In this document: positions 24,948 to 35,311 of the stretch, one piece after another | Layout: the number at the start of each line of letters is the position of its first letter | How positions within the stretch are numbered: the stretch's first letter is position 1 | Source of the DNA: Naegleria gruberi | Taxonomy: Eukaryota | DNA: 64,000 bases | NCBI GenBank assembly: GCA_000004985.1 | Contig: GG738847.1 | Direction: 5' to 3' (one strand) | Notes under the pieces: generated by a model | The model's input: only the letters and a program-made list of their open reading frames with translations | Told to the model about the DNA's origin: nothing | The model's database searches: none | Translations under genes and position numbers: made by a program

Positions 24948-25271
24948 TTGTGTTGGATTTTCCATGTTGTGTTGTAGGAAGTGTTGGAAAAAGAAATTGG
25001 ATTTACAGAATTGTGTGCACAATAGAGTGCAAGAAAATTCATTTGTTATGAACTGTTGGCAGATGATATTTGAAATAAATTATTTGACTTTTGACTTGTA
25101 AATTGGCTAAAAGATTTTTATGAACCATGTCAACAGAAAAGTCATTCAAGTTGTCCACAAAAGCAACATCATTTCTGATAGTTGACTTTTCTTGATAAAT
25201 CGTTCAAACATTTGACATGAAAAAGATTTCTAGACAATTTAAGATACACAAGAAAAAAACAAATTCAAAAC

Positions 25272-26810
25272 ATGAGTGATTTTCATGCAAGAAACTATCA
25301 GATAGTATTTGAAGAGGCAATAAAATGTGCCCAGTTTCGAATAGTTTTTCAAAGCTTTTTAGAAAGACATCATAATCAAGAATCTATTCTATTTATTAAC
25401 AAGGTGATTGAATATACTGAAGAATATAAGAAAGTTGTTGGTCTTCCTTTCGAATACGAAACATTCTCGTTAATGTTGAGAGGAAACAATCATCAAGCTG
25501 ACATTCGTATTTCTTCAGCATCATCAAATAGACGAAATACATTAAAACTTTCTAGAAGAAGCTTGCAGAATTTACACGACAAGATGAATTCTATTGTCGA
25601 AACCTTTCTTAGAAATGATGGAGAAAGTGAACTAAACATTGGTCCACTTCAAAAGTCATCTATAGAACTCTGGCAACAAACAAGTCAAAAATTAAGTAGG
25701 GAAGAACAAGATGATGCATGTAGTGAAGGTTCGTCAGGCTCTAGCTCTTCAAATTCTTCATCACTCAGCTATTCGAAACCAAGTTTAGAAAGTCTAATTG
25801 AGGAATTTCATCCTGGGTATTTATTAGGATCTATTTCATTGTTAATTTTGGTAGATTTGAGTTTGGGACACTTTATCAAGTTTTCCCGATCGGAAGAATT
25901 ATTGCACTTCCTTAACAAGATGGGAATGAGCTATACGAGAAAGATTGGAATTGACATTTCGAAAGGATACAAGGTAGATTTGAGATTTAAACCCAATGAT
26001 TTAAAGACACCTGTTATAACGGATGAGCATATTTATTTTGGATTGACATTAGCTCAGGATACACCCGACTGGAAGATTGTTCATGAGAAGAAGAATTTGA
26101 CCGTTAGTACTTCTAGAACATCGTACGTGTTTAATTCCAAGCAAATGAAAGGATTTAAACTTTGTAAATTATCAATTGATCTGCCGTATAGTTTGGAAGA
26201 TGTTTGGGGAATGTGGACCCATCAGAAGAATCATCTCTATTTCGAACCAATGTTTTGTAATAATTTGAATTATCTGAATTATATTGAACCGAATGAGAGC
26301 TTTCATGGAACAACTTGTCCCTATGCTGTAAAGATTATGACCACGGCTTTTGATACCAAGATTCCACTCCTAAAGAAGAGATATGTGGAGACAGTTACAA
26401 CATGTGTAAAAGATAGTGCAATCGATCTTTACATGTTTGTTTTACATACAGCTGATCTTCCTAGTGGAGTTGCAACAATGCCGTCCAATTCTTTAGCAAT
26501 TGAAGGATTGTGTTATTATATAATGATGAGAGTGAATGAGAAGACGACGAGATTTTTGAATATAATGTACTCTGATTTTCAATTACCTTTGCAAAATATG
26601 ACCATTGGGCAAGTATTTAAACAGAGAGGTAAAACCATGTTGAATGGATTGAATTCAATATTACACAAATTGACTGATGGAAGGAAGAATCCTGTTGATA
26701 CCTTAGAAAATGAAGATACAGCTGAAGCTCAACGTTGTGTTGATGATAACATGAAATCTTTCCCAGATAGATCTTGGTATATGGAATGGAAGGGGTTGCA
26801 AAAGAAATAA
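25272..26810 (+). CDS. RGS-like N-terminal domain protein. The C-terminal domain is unassigned and could be a START/Bet v1-like fold.
   Basis: AIKCAQFRIVFQSFLERHHNQESILFINKVIEYTEEY fits the RGS helix pattern F..FL...E.L.F...V.Y. 512 aa, ATG start. Confidence 0.45.
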   Translation: MSDFHARNYQIVFEEAIKCAQFRIVFQSFLERHHNQESILFINKVIEYTEEYKKVVGLPFEYETFSLMLRGNNHQADIRISSASSNRRNTLKLSRRSLQNLHDKMNSIVETFLRNDGESELNIGPLQKSSIELWQQTSQKLSREEQDDACSEGSSGSSSSNSSSLSYSKPSLESLIEEFHPGYLLGSISLLILVDLSLGHFIKFSRSEELLHFLNKMGMSYTRKIGIDISKGYKVDLRFKPNDLKTPVITDEHIYFGLTLAQDTPDWKIVHEKKNLTVSTSRTSYVFNSKQMKGFKLCKLSIDLPYSLEDVWGMWTHQKNHLYFEPMFCNNLNYLNYIEPNESFHGTTCPYAVKIMTTAFDTKIPLLKKRYVETVTTCVKDSAIDLYMFVLHTADLPSGVATMPSNSLAIEGLCYYIMMRVNEKTTRFLNIMYSDFQLPLQNMTIGQVFKQRGKTMLNGLNSILHKLTDGRKNPVDTLENEDTAEAQRCVDDNMKSFPDRSWYMEWKGLQKK

Positions 26811-26832
26811 ATCATTTTTGAAATTAGATTTA

Positions 26833-28893
26833 TTACTTTGATGCTGTCACATTCTTCTCAGCTTTACCGATTTCGACCTTTCTGGCTCTTTGGGCAAAAC
26901 CAAGAGAACACAGAGTTTCTGGACAACTCTCTGAAGTTGGACTTACATTTACAAACATCAAAATCTTAGAGTTACCTCCCAAAGAGTCTTGTAAAAGTGA
27001 GGTGAGTTTTGAATTTCTAAATGGAATGTGACTCTTCTTAGTTGCCAAGGCAGAAATAACTTCTCCGAGAGAACTCAAACTAGAGTTAATACTTTGAGCT
27101 TCTTTCAGTCTGTCACCCTTAACATCGGTTCTCTTTAATCTTTCGCTACCTGCCAAATCGATCAAGTGAAGCTTGCCTGATACCTTTTGGTTTGTGTACG
27201 TATTGATACCTTCAGTAAAAACACTGACAATACAGTGAGATCTAGAACTGTGTGCGTTGATGTTATTGTTTCCGACTGCTCTATTATCGTAGCCTTGTGA
27301 AAGGACTCTCCTCACATCATCTGATGAGCTCACCTTATACTTGGTCAGGCCTGGAATGGCTACCTTATTACTCAACATGATATCAAGTTTGGTCTTTTCC
27401 TTGCTTAATAAATCAAAGAGTGTTTCATTATAAATTTCCATAACAGCAACTTCAACCTCGTAATTATATTCGCCTTTTCTTTCCTTAACCATTGCGAAAA
27501 GCTCGTCTAGAGTTCTATAATTTACACCACGGTTGGATGGTGATCCTTCCATAGTATAGGTCTTACCAGAACCTGTTTGACCGTAAGCAAAAATACATAC
27601 ATTATAACCGTCCAGAATAGATGTTGCCAGTGGTTTGACATCTTCGAAAACTTGTTCTTGTGTTGAGTTGATTCCAAAAACGTTATCAAACTCAAACTTT
27701 TGAATCTTTTTACCCTCCTTATCAGAAACTTTGATTTCTCTCTCATCTACAGTATCAATACAAGTTTCTGGATTTTGACCGTCCTGCTCTGGAATTATTG
27801 GTCTAATTCTTAAGTTGACTCTAATATTTCCCTTCAGGTCTTGTAACTGGTTGTATAAAACTCTTCTTTCCTTAACTTCCTTCTTGTACTGGTCTTCCAG
27901 ATCTTTATAACCATCTAAAAGTTTCTTCATAGCCTTAGAAGAAATGAGTTGAACAGCATTCAGGAATTCTTTTTGCATATCTTGAGCTTCCTTCTTAAGG
28001 AACCCATTTTCGAACTTGATTGCTTGAACTTGTTTCTTCATTCTAATTACCTTGGTACTCATGTGTTTAATTGATCCGTCTTTCTGTTCCTTCAGTCTTT
28101 GAGAAAGATCCCTAACATCAGTATTGTATTTTTGTTTGACATCTGTCAGAGATTTGTCAAGAGTAACAACTTGCCCTTCGAGTTGAGTATTCTTTTGCTT
28201 CAACTTTTCAATGGTTTTTTGCATATCAGTTGTTGCTGTTGAGTTGGAAGAAGACTTTTCAGCTGCTTGTTTGATCTTCGTTTCGTATTCCTTTTCCATT
28301 TCCTTTTGCTTCTTTTCAAAATCAGCTTGTTGCTTCTGCATCAATTGTTGAACTTCTTGGTTTGAAAGACCAGGCGAGCCTCTTGGTGTTGTTCTTGGAG
28401 TGGTCGATTTCTCTTCACCTCCCTTAGATGCCTCTGTCTTGGTTTTTAAGAGTTCTTCCTTGAGTTTTTTGATTTCTTCCATTTGCTTTTGTTTTATCAT
28501 TTGATCTTCCATTTGTTTTTGCAATGCTTCTTGGAGATCCTTCTTCTTCTTTTCATAGGCCTCTTCAGTAACAAACTTACCACCAGCAGGCATGGCAGTT
28601 GTAATGGTTTGATTTGTGGCTACTGGTTGAGGTGAATTTGATGAACTAGGTTGAGTTTTAGTGACCATTGGACTGGGTTTCTTTTCTGGAACAATGTCAT
28701 CATCGGATTCAATTTCTTCATCTTCATCAGACATTAATTCATCCCAATCTACAGTTCCTAAGCCCAATTGGCTGGCTATTTCTTTTCTTTTTTGGAGTTG
28801 AGGATCAACAGTTTTAGTGTTTGTCTTTTTTGGATCGAATGTGACAGGCTTATTGAATGTTTTTTCTCTTCTTCTCGGGCTTTCCTCAACCAT
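26833..28893 (-). CDS. Kinesin-14 (C-terminal motor kinesin) with coiled-coil stalk. May carry an additional 5' SH3 exon (see the feature at 28934-29188).
   Basis: C-terminal motor with IRVNLRIRP neck, P-loop FAYGQTGSGKTYTMEG, switch I SSRSHCIVSVF and switch II LIDLAGSER. ATG at 28893. Confidence 0.9.
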   Translation of the reverse strand: MVEESPRRREKTFNKPVTFDPKKTNTKTVDPQLQKRKEIASQLGLGTVDWDELMSDEDEEIESDDDIVPEKKPSPMVTKTQPSSSNSPQPVATNQTITTAMPAGGKFVTEEAYEKKKKDLQEALQKQMEDQMIKQKQMEEIKKLKEELLKTKTEASKGGEEKSTTPRTTPRGSPGLSNQEVQQLMQKQQADFEKKQKEMEKEYETKIKQAAEKSSSNSTATTDMQKTIEKLKQKNTQLEGQVVTLDKSLTDVKQKYNTDVRDLSQRLKEQKDGSIKHMSTKVIRMKKQVQAIKFENGFLKKEAQDMQKEFLNAVQLISSKAMKKLLDGYKDLEDQYKKEVKERRVLYNQLQDLKGNIRVNLRIRPIIPEQDGQNPETCIDTVDEREIKVSDKEGKKIQKFEFDNVFGINSTQEQVFEDVKPLATSILDGYNVCIFAYGQTGSGKTYTMEGSPSNRGVNYRTLDELFAMVKERKGEYNYEVEVAVMEIYNETLFDLLSKEKTKLDIMLSNKVAIPGLTKYKVSSSDDVRRVLSQGYDNRAVGNNNINAHSSRSHCIVSVFTEGINTYTNQKVSGKLHLIDLAGSERLKRTDVKGDRLKEAQSINSSLSSLGEVISALATKKSHIPFRNSKLTSLLQDSLGGNSKILMFVNVSPTSESCPETLCSLGFAQRARKVEIGKAEKNVTASK

Positions 28894-28933
28894 ATCTTGC
28901 TAAACATTTAAAAATTAAATCCAAGAATAATCA

Positions 28934-29188
28934 TTAGATACATTCTAAGGAAGATACTATAACACATACCACTCTTCTTACATAATTAGCAGGAAATAAC
29001 CCTACTTCTCCATTAGCTTTTTCTCCAATCCACCAATCACTCTTGTGTGTTTCAATCACTTTAATTTTTTCATATTGTGATAGAGTGAGATGTTGTTTAT
29101 CCGATGGAAAGAATGGATAGAGGACCTCAACAATGAACATTGCTGGACGTCCCGACATGGTCGTATTGCTCGTCTCCGTTGTACTCAT
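28934..29188 (-). CDS. SH3-domain ORF of 84 aa. Either an independent small SH3 protein or the 5' exon of the kinesin-14 gene.
   Basis: ALYDF-like core (VEVLYPFFPSDKQHLTLSQYEKIKVIE), WW dipeptide, and GLFPANYV ending. Its stop lies only 40 nt upstream of the kinesin ATG. An 82-nt GTAAGA...TTTAG intron (28981..28900) would join it in frame. Confidence 0.55.
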   Translation of the reverse strand: MSTTETSNTTMSGRPAMFIVEVLYPFFPSDKQHLTLSQYEKIKVIETHKSDWWIGEKANGEVGLFPANYVRRVVCVIVSSLECI

Positions 29189-29573
29189 ATTATAATACTA
29201 TCCCTTATTCAAAAATGTTGTTGCTTTGATACTATATTGTTGTTCTTGTTGTTGTAATTATATATGTAGGTGGAAATATCTCCTCAAATACAGCAATGAT
29301 GACGTCGACGACTTTTTTCTTGGAACGTCGTAACGTACAATTTGATTTCTTTTTTTTTGGTGGTTTAAGGCGCATTCAAGGCGCAGTTGATGCTCTGAAA
29401 ATCTGTTACATAATTTTGGAGGGAAAAAAGACTTTCCATGATTTCCTTTCAAGAAAGTGTCTTTCGAATGCTTTATGTTTCTCTAATGTTTTTGAAATGG
29501 TTTTGTAATGGCTTTCAAACTACAATTGATTGATGTGAGTTGATTTAATGAGAAATTGTAATTACATGTAAAT

Positions 29574-30881
29574 TCAGAAGAGTGGAGCAACCTTAGAATT
29601 CCATTCATCATTCCATCGGTGGGATTGGAAGTTTTGTTTGAGATGGTTTCTCATGGATTTCAATTTGGAGGAGCCCTCTGGTGAGATGAGTAATTCTTCC
29701 AAGTACTTGGTAAGGTTAGTACTACTGTCAAAGATGTAGCCATTCTCGTCATGTTTGACCAACTCTGGTAATGTCAGATATTTAATAGCACATACTGGAA
29801 GACCACTGCCAAACATGTCGACGACCTTCATTGGAAGATCCAATCCAGAGCTAGAATAGTGGAGACAAACACCAACATCGCTAGATGCCAACAGTTTGGA
29901 ATAATCAGCATAGGACAGGAAGTAAGTTTGAACTCTACAATATTTGAGATTGAGGGAGGCAATCTTTTTGAGATAATACTCCTTTTGAGGCCCTTTACCA
30001 GTAATGATAAATTCCAAATAAATAGAAGGTGAAATACTTTCCAATTTCTTTTCAAGTTCCATAATTGAGGAAAGGAGAATGCTAAAATCCTCATCTTCAG
30101 TCCAACTGGTAGAACTGACAACAAGCTTGAAATTTCTTGAAGTATCAATAGAAAGAACATCCTTGAAAAGTGTATTTCTCTCAGAGTCAGAAAGATTGGA
30201 ACCAAACATTTCTGGTGGTCTGTCATACATTACAGTAACTTTGGATTCACTAATACCCAATCTTTGACACAAATCCTTTTTCAAATGCTCAGAAACACAC
30301 AAGTGATGGGTGGCACAATTCTTAACAAAATTAAATTCTAAAAATGTAGCAAAATTAATCAAATGTTTGTTCTTTCTTGTGAGTGCCAAAATTGAAAATC
30401 CATAATTGTGCCAATCAATAATGTATTCATCCAATTTAATAAGATGTAACTTTTGTAATATCCAAAATAAGAATAAATTTGGGATAGCAGGAGGATTTTG
30501 AGTCAACAAAACCTTCTTACATGAAGAATTTCCAAATGGATTCCTATTAATAATATAACATAATTGAATAGTCATGATTAAAAATTGCAATAAAACCTTC
30601 ACTGGTGCAAAAAGTAAAAACATGGTAAAGTGCAACCTCATCAAATAATTAACCCAATTCCACCACTTTGATGCCAATGGATTAATTTTAATATTCTTTT
30701 GTTTCATGACTTGATCGTGAGGATCGGAATCGTATAATCCAACAAAATCCACATGATGATTTTCTGGGTTCATCCTAGCAAGAGATAGTGAATGGTATTG
30801 CATACGAGGACTGTGTCCCATATCACCTAGAACAAACACAACAAAATGCTTTTTATCGCCAGCATAAACCTGTTTTTTCAT
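29574..30881 (-). CDS. ALG1: Chitobiosyldiphosphodolichol beta-1,4-mannosyltransferase (ALG1).
   Basis: HFVVFVLGDMGHSPRMQYHSLSLA, VVSSTSWTEDEDFSILL, ITGKGPQKEYY and GVCLHYSSSGLDLPMKVVDMFGSGLPVCA are collinear with human ALG1. First ATG at 30881 (the caller started at a GTG at 30920). Confidence 0.85.
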   Translation of the reverse strand: MKKQVYAGDKKHFVVFVLGDMGHSPRMQYHSLSLARMNPENHHVDFVGLYDSDPHDQVMKQKNIKINPLASKWWNWVNYLMRLHFTMFLLFAPVKVLLQFLIMTIQLCYIINRNPFGNSSCKKVLLTQNPPAIPNLFLFWILQKLHLIKLDEYIIDWHNYGFSILALTRKNKHLINFATFLEFNFVKNCATHHLCVSEHLKKDLCQRLGISESKVTVMYDRPPEMFGSNLSDSERNTLFKDVLSIDTSRNFKLVVSSTSWTEDEDFSILLSSIMELEKKLESISPSIYLEFIITGKGPQKEYYLKKIASLNLKYCRVQTYFLSYADYSKLLASSDVGVCLHYSSSGLDLPMKVVDMFGSGLPVCAIKYLTLPELVKHDENGYIFDSSTNLTKYLEELLISPEGSSKLKSMRNHLKQNFQSHRWNDEWNSKVAPLF

Positions 30882-31008
30882 TTTTTTTAAATTTTTTAAT
30901 GTTTTTAAGTGGTAAACCACACCGAAGAAAGGTACCTCTAATCTGGCGCCTTACTATTTAGTAAATGCACGGTGAAACATATAGCTACTCTTATTATCGT
31001 CAATGTGA

Positions 31009-31081
31009 TCCCCCTTAGCTCAGTCGGTAGAGCGTCAGACTGTTAATCTGCAGGTCGGTGGTTCGAGCCCACCAGGGGGAG
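31009..31081 (+). tRNA. tRNA-Asn: tRNA-Asn (anticodon GUU), 73 nt, no intron.
   Basis: Cloverleaf folded by hand: acceptor UCCCCCU/AGGGGGA, D-arm GCUC-AGUCGGUAG-GAGC, anticodon loop CUGUUAA, T-arm GGUGG-UUCGAGC-CCACC, discriminator G73. One U27-C43 mismatch in the anticodon stem. Confidence 0.8.
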
Positions 31082-31288
31082 TCTACTTTTGGTTTTGTAA
31101 TCATCCATCCAAATTGCTTGTGTTGAAAATAACGGATTTAGTATGCTTTTGGATAATAAACTATTAAATATTCAATCAAATAACCGTACAACATAGGAAA
31201 ATCTACACTGAAGAGGCTTACTCCCTTAAGATTTAATTCCAATTAAATTTTTTAAATTTTAATTAAAATCAAAAAAAAGCAAAACAAC

Positions 31289-32245
31289 ATGCCGCCAAAG
31301 AGAAAGAGCAAGAGTGATGGAAAGGAGGAAACCAAAAAGACTAAAACATCATCATCAGCTTCTTCTTCCGTAACACAACAAGCTGTTGAATCATGGAAGA
31401 AGAAATCGTTAGAAGAATTTAAGATAATTCTGAAGGCTAATGATAATCGATCGGATGGTGCTGATGATGAATGGAAAATATATTATGAGACTAGAAAGAA
31501 GGCACAAACATTTCATAAGAAAATATTGGAGAATGATGAAAATTTGGGAATGGAAGAACTCATCATGGAAGAGATGAGAAAAGTTGTTCAAGCTAATACT
31601 AAGCTAACCGAGAAGGAAGAGTCTAAAGTTTTGAGCCAATTCCTCATTACACAGTTGGAGGCTTGTTTTGAGGATTCTGATTTGGATGATTTGAGAAGTT
31701 GTACTATTGGTGTCACTGCCTACTCTGATCATTCATATTCGAGTATTGAATTTGAATTTGAGTATCATTTCAGAGTTAGAGGTTATGGTATTGAATTCTT
31801 TAGATCATTCAAATATGCCACACATGACAAACCATCAACTAAAGCAAAGAAGACAGTTTGGTATTCTAATGGAGCTCCTTCTGAGTATGAGGAAGATAGA
31901 AAATTCAAATTAACACTTGGACAGCTTTTGAACATTAAGGAATTATTATTTAGTGAGACAATTTGTGAAAAACTTACAAATTATGAATTTGTGCAACTTA
32001 CTTTGGAATCAATTGCACAATTTGGTGAAACAGGTCATGTGAAAGATGATGATTGGATAGGATATCATAATAGAATGTTGTGTGGATGTCCAACTAAGGA
32101 GGATCGTGACTATGTCCATCCAACTTTTGAGAAACCAAAACGTGGCCGTAGACAAAGAGATTATGGCGAAGACAATTCTGATAGTGACAGAGACTCTAAT
32201 GAAGATGATGATGACTCTGATAATAGAGGTTGTGCACAACAATAA
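31289..32245 (+). CDS. Hypothetical acidic protein with an N-terminal lysine-rich NLS-like segment.
   Basis: 318 aa continuous ORF with an ATG start. No family recognised. Confidence 0.45.
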   Translation: MPPKRKSKSDGKEETKKTKTSSSASSSVTQQAVESWKKKSLEEFKIILKANDNRSDGADDEWKIYYETRKKAQTFHKKILENDENLGMEELIMEEMRKVVQANTKLTEKEESKVLSQFLITQLEACFEDSDLDDLRSCTIGVTAYSDHSYSSIEFEFEYHFRVRGYGIEFFRSFKYATHDKPSTKAKKTVWYSNGAPSEYEEDRKFKLTLGQLLNIKELLFSETICEKLTNYEFVQLTLESIAQFGETGHVKDDDWIGYHNRMLCGCPTKEDRDYVHPTFEKPKRGRRQRDYGEDNSDSDRDSNEDDDDSDNRGCAQQ

Positions 32246-32558
32246 CTTTCTATTTTAACATTGTATTGATTTTGCTGATCATTCCAGTATTTGAAAAGAA
32301 TTATATTCAAATATAACTACTGTTGCCATGTTTTATTATTATGTATTAATCAAATAAATAGGTCATTTCTAATTTTGTTGGCTTAATTCGCTTTATTAGT
32401 GAGGAACATTCAATGTTGGAATTAGAAGGAACAACGGAATACAATTTGTGAAACTTCCAACAATTCCTTAATCTTCAGCAAATTTAGCAACATCAATATA
32501 GTTGGAAACAAACAGTGAATACAAATTCTTGCCAAGAATGTCATAAAAAACACTTTGT

Positions 32559-35059
32559 CTAAATCAAGATACGTACCTCTATTCTCGGTTCTATTTCAAC
32601 TGTGGCCATTTCTTGTAAGTGCACTAATAAGAGAATTGATTTTTGATTGTTAACCATATCCTCAAGCAATTTTTTAGCAGTACAATTATCCCACCAACTT
32701 GCTAGTGTTTCTCCAGGTGTAGCATTTTGAGACTTTGTTTTGAAAAACAGGTTTGGTGAAATTGACTTTATACCTTGTCGTATTTTTTCATTCTTGTTAC
32801 AAACGAAAATACCAGTAAGGCCATTTTTGTTTTTGTTTAAACAAATGACATCTGGATGACAATATCTCGAAGGATAATAGTACAGTCCATGAATTAAATG
32901 AGATAAGGTTTGTTCACCAACACAATGGAAGTACAAAAGATCTCCCAATAAGCACTCCACAACATGTTTGTATCGTTCCAGTAAGGGAATCGCCCATTTT
33001 GATTGTCTATATTTACGTAAAAAATCATAGCAGGTCATTGATGGATTTTCTAATGACAATCTAATTCACAAACAGGTCTTGCAATACCTGAGCCAGTAAG
33101 CATAGAAGAAATTGTAAGGTCACATTTGATTAGTTTTCCTGCAAAAATAGGGTAATCATGTTTTACTAGGGCTTCAAGTAAAAATGCAGCATCTATCGTG
33201 TCCTTTGAGGTTTTTGTTGTGAATCCTTCACTGACTAGCGAGGAAAGTGTTTGGGTAAAAGTTCTCCAAGCTAGTTTGAAAGCATTTTCAACATTTTCTA
33301 AAATTAATGAAGGATTGGCAATTATCATTCCAATAACTCTTCTTCTTGTTGGAAACATGGCAAATAATTTGACTTTGAGTAGGTTTTTGGAGACTTTTTG
33401 CTTTTTTAAAATCTCTCTGATATTGTAAAAAGGTTCTAGCATTTGGAGAGCTTGATCAAATGATACAAGATCAAGGCCAATAGAGTATTTCATGTTTCTT
33501 TCCGTGAGTTTGCAAACAGAGGATTGAATAATGTCTACAACATCCGAAGTAAAAAAAGTTCCACAATACATATCTGATATAGTTAGATTCTTCTCAATCA
33601 TTTCAATTTGTAAACTACTAATCTCTGAAGCAATAGCTGTTAATAAATCTCTTGGTGTTCCTTGTGCAGATAACATGACTGTTGAACTTTTTGAAAAAAT
33701 GGATGCTTCATCAACAGCAATTACAAAAGGTATATCATGCGATAATTCTAATTTCGTATAAAGATCAACAATAAGATTTACAGTAATCTTCCTTAATGAG
33801 TTAATCGGGAGGTATTGCCATCCTTGTTCTATCATGTCTTTGAAAATAGATGTTGCCATATTGGTATTACCATTCCATTGTATATATGAAATTAATTGTA
33901 ATGGGGTTTCAAAATAATCCAACAGAGTTTGATTTTCCAAACATGCCTGTGAAACAAGTAATCTAGCAATAAAGTTACATTCGATTAATTGTCTAACAGA
34001 TGCATATAATTCAATATTAGACAATTTTTCACAATGCATAAATAGTGCTAATGATGCGTAATCTATTCCTCTTCCATTTAATACGCTAGCATCCAAAGAA
34101 GAAGTGCATGTGATAAATAGTCCTGGATTAACTCCTAATCTTCTTGCAATTAGCGCTGTTTTACCCAAACCTGATGGTCCAATAATCACAACTGTAGATC
34201 CTGAGTTAATATTTTGATTAAGTGTTTCTCTTTCCTCTGTTGAAAACAAATCCACTTGAAACTTTGGAAGAAATGGTAAAATATCTTTAGCTAATTGGTT
34301 TTTAGAGTCAACTGGTACAATGACATTACCACGTACTAAGTCACTGTTATCATGTTCATTAAATATTTTTTTAAATTGGACGAACTTAATTTCTTTCAGA
34401 GTTCCTAAAGTGTTTAAGTCAGTACCCTTTAAAAATTTTAACTTTTGCATGTCAACTTCTTTGGGAGGTGTAAAGAAGTCTAAGGCATCATCCATAAGCA
34501 AATCTAATTGGTTTTTAAAGCTTATTTTCTTGGTATATGTCTCTCCTTGTTGTTCAGCACCTGCAACCACACATTTAGCAAAATTTAAATACCACTGTTG
34601 TTTGGATTGATCAAGATTAAGATTTCGAGCTTCAATATCGATACAACCATTCAAAATGTTGTCTGCTTTAATCATCGTCAATCTTTCATCTGCACTATAA
34701 GATAAAAACTCAGTAAAATATTTGTTTGGAAATAGTTGAAACGAGACTGAATAATTAATTGATAACAAATTTTCAATACAAGCCGAAATGGAATCTTCCT
34801 CTTCTAAAAGAAAAGGATAATTAGAACGAATATACTCTTTTCTTTCTTCCCTTTTCAATTTGGCGACATATAAGAATGCTGAGGGAAAAAAAGATGTGGC
34901 AAACCATTGTTCTGCCTTAGTGAGCGGTAGATTAGCACCATGTTCCGAAATAATAAGAGAAAAAAATTGATTTTTTTTCCACTTTGAAACTCCACCACGC
35001 TTATGAACTAAAGTTGCACCGCACATGCATGCACCCTGATCAGCTGAGGATTGAAACAT
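32559..35059 (-). CDS. P-loop NTPase (STAND/AAA-like) of about 820 aa. ORFs 33050..35059 and 32559..33059 are probably one gene joined by an intron of about 38 nt (GTATTG...TTAG, 33087..33050), or interrupted by a frameshift.
   Basis: Walker A VVIIGPSGLGKTAL and Walker B FVIAVDEAS. The two ORFs abut with a +1 frame offset. The splice model gives a total length divisible by 3. N-terminal Cys-rich segment CMCGATLVHKRGG. Confidence 0.5.
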
Positions 35060-35311
35060 TTTTTATTTTCTAAAAATAATACAAATAAGGTGTACCCTTA
35101 ATGGTGTATCGTGGTATTATTCTCTGTTGGGATCTCAGGTATTTCAATATTCTTAAAAAAAAACTTTAAAAGAGACCACAAACTCTGTGCAAGATTTTGG
35201 GCTTGCTTTATTTGTCTCCAAACTTTGACAGACTCACCAGGATCAACGACACATTCTACCACAGACAACAAATAGACAAGGATAGACGGGCTAATAGTAT
35301 TTATATTCCAA

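Noticed and set aside
29320-29420. Locally GC-rich element (ggtggtttaaggcgcattcaaggcgcagttgatgctctg) in the ALG1/SH3 spacer, considered as a small ncRNA.
   Set aside because: No recognisable snRNA, tRNA or SRP fold and no conserved boxes. It is probably just promoter or 3' UTR sequence, and this cannot be checked without expression data.
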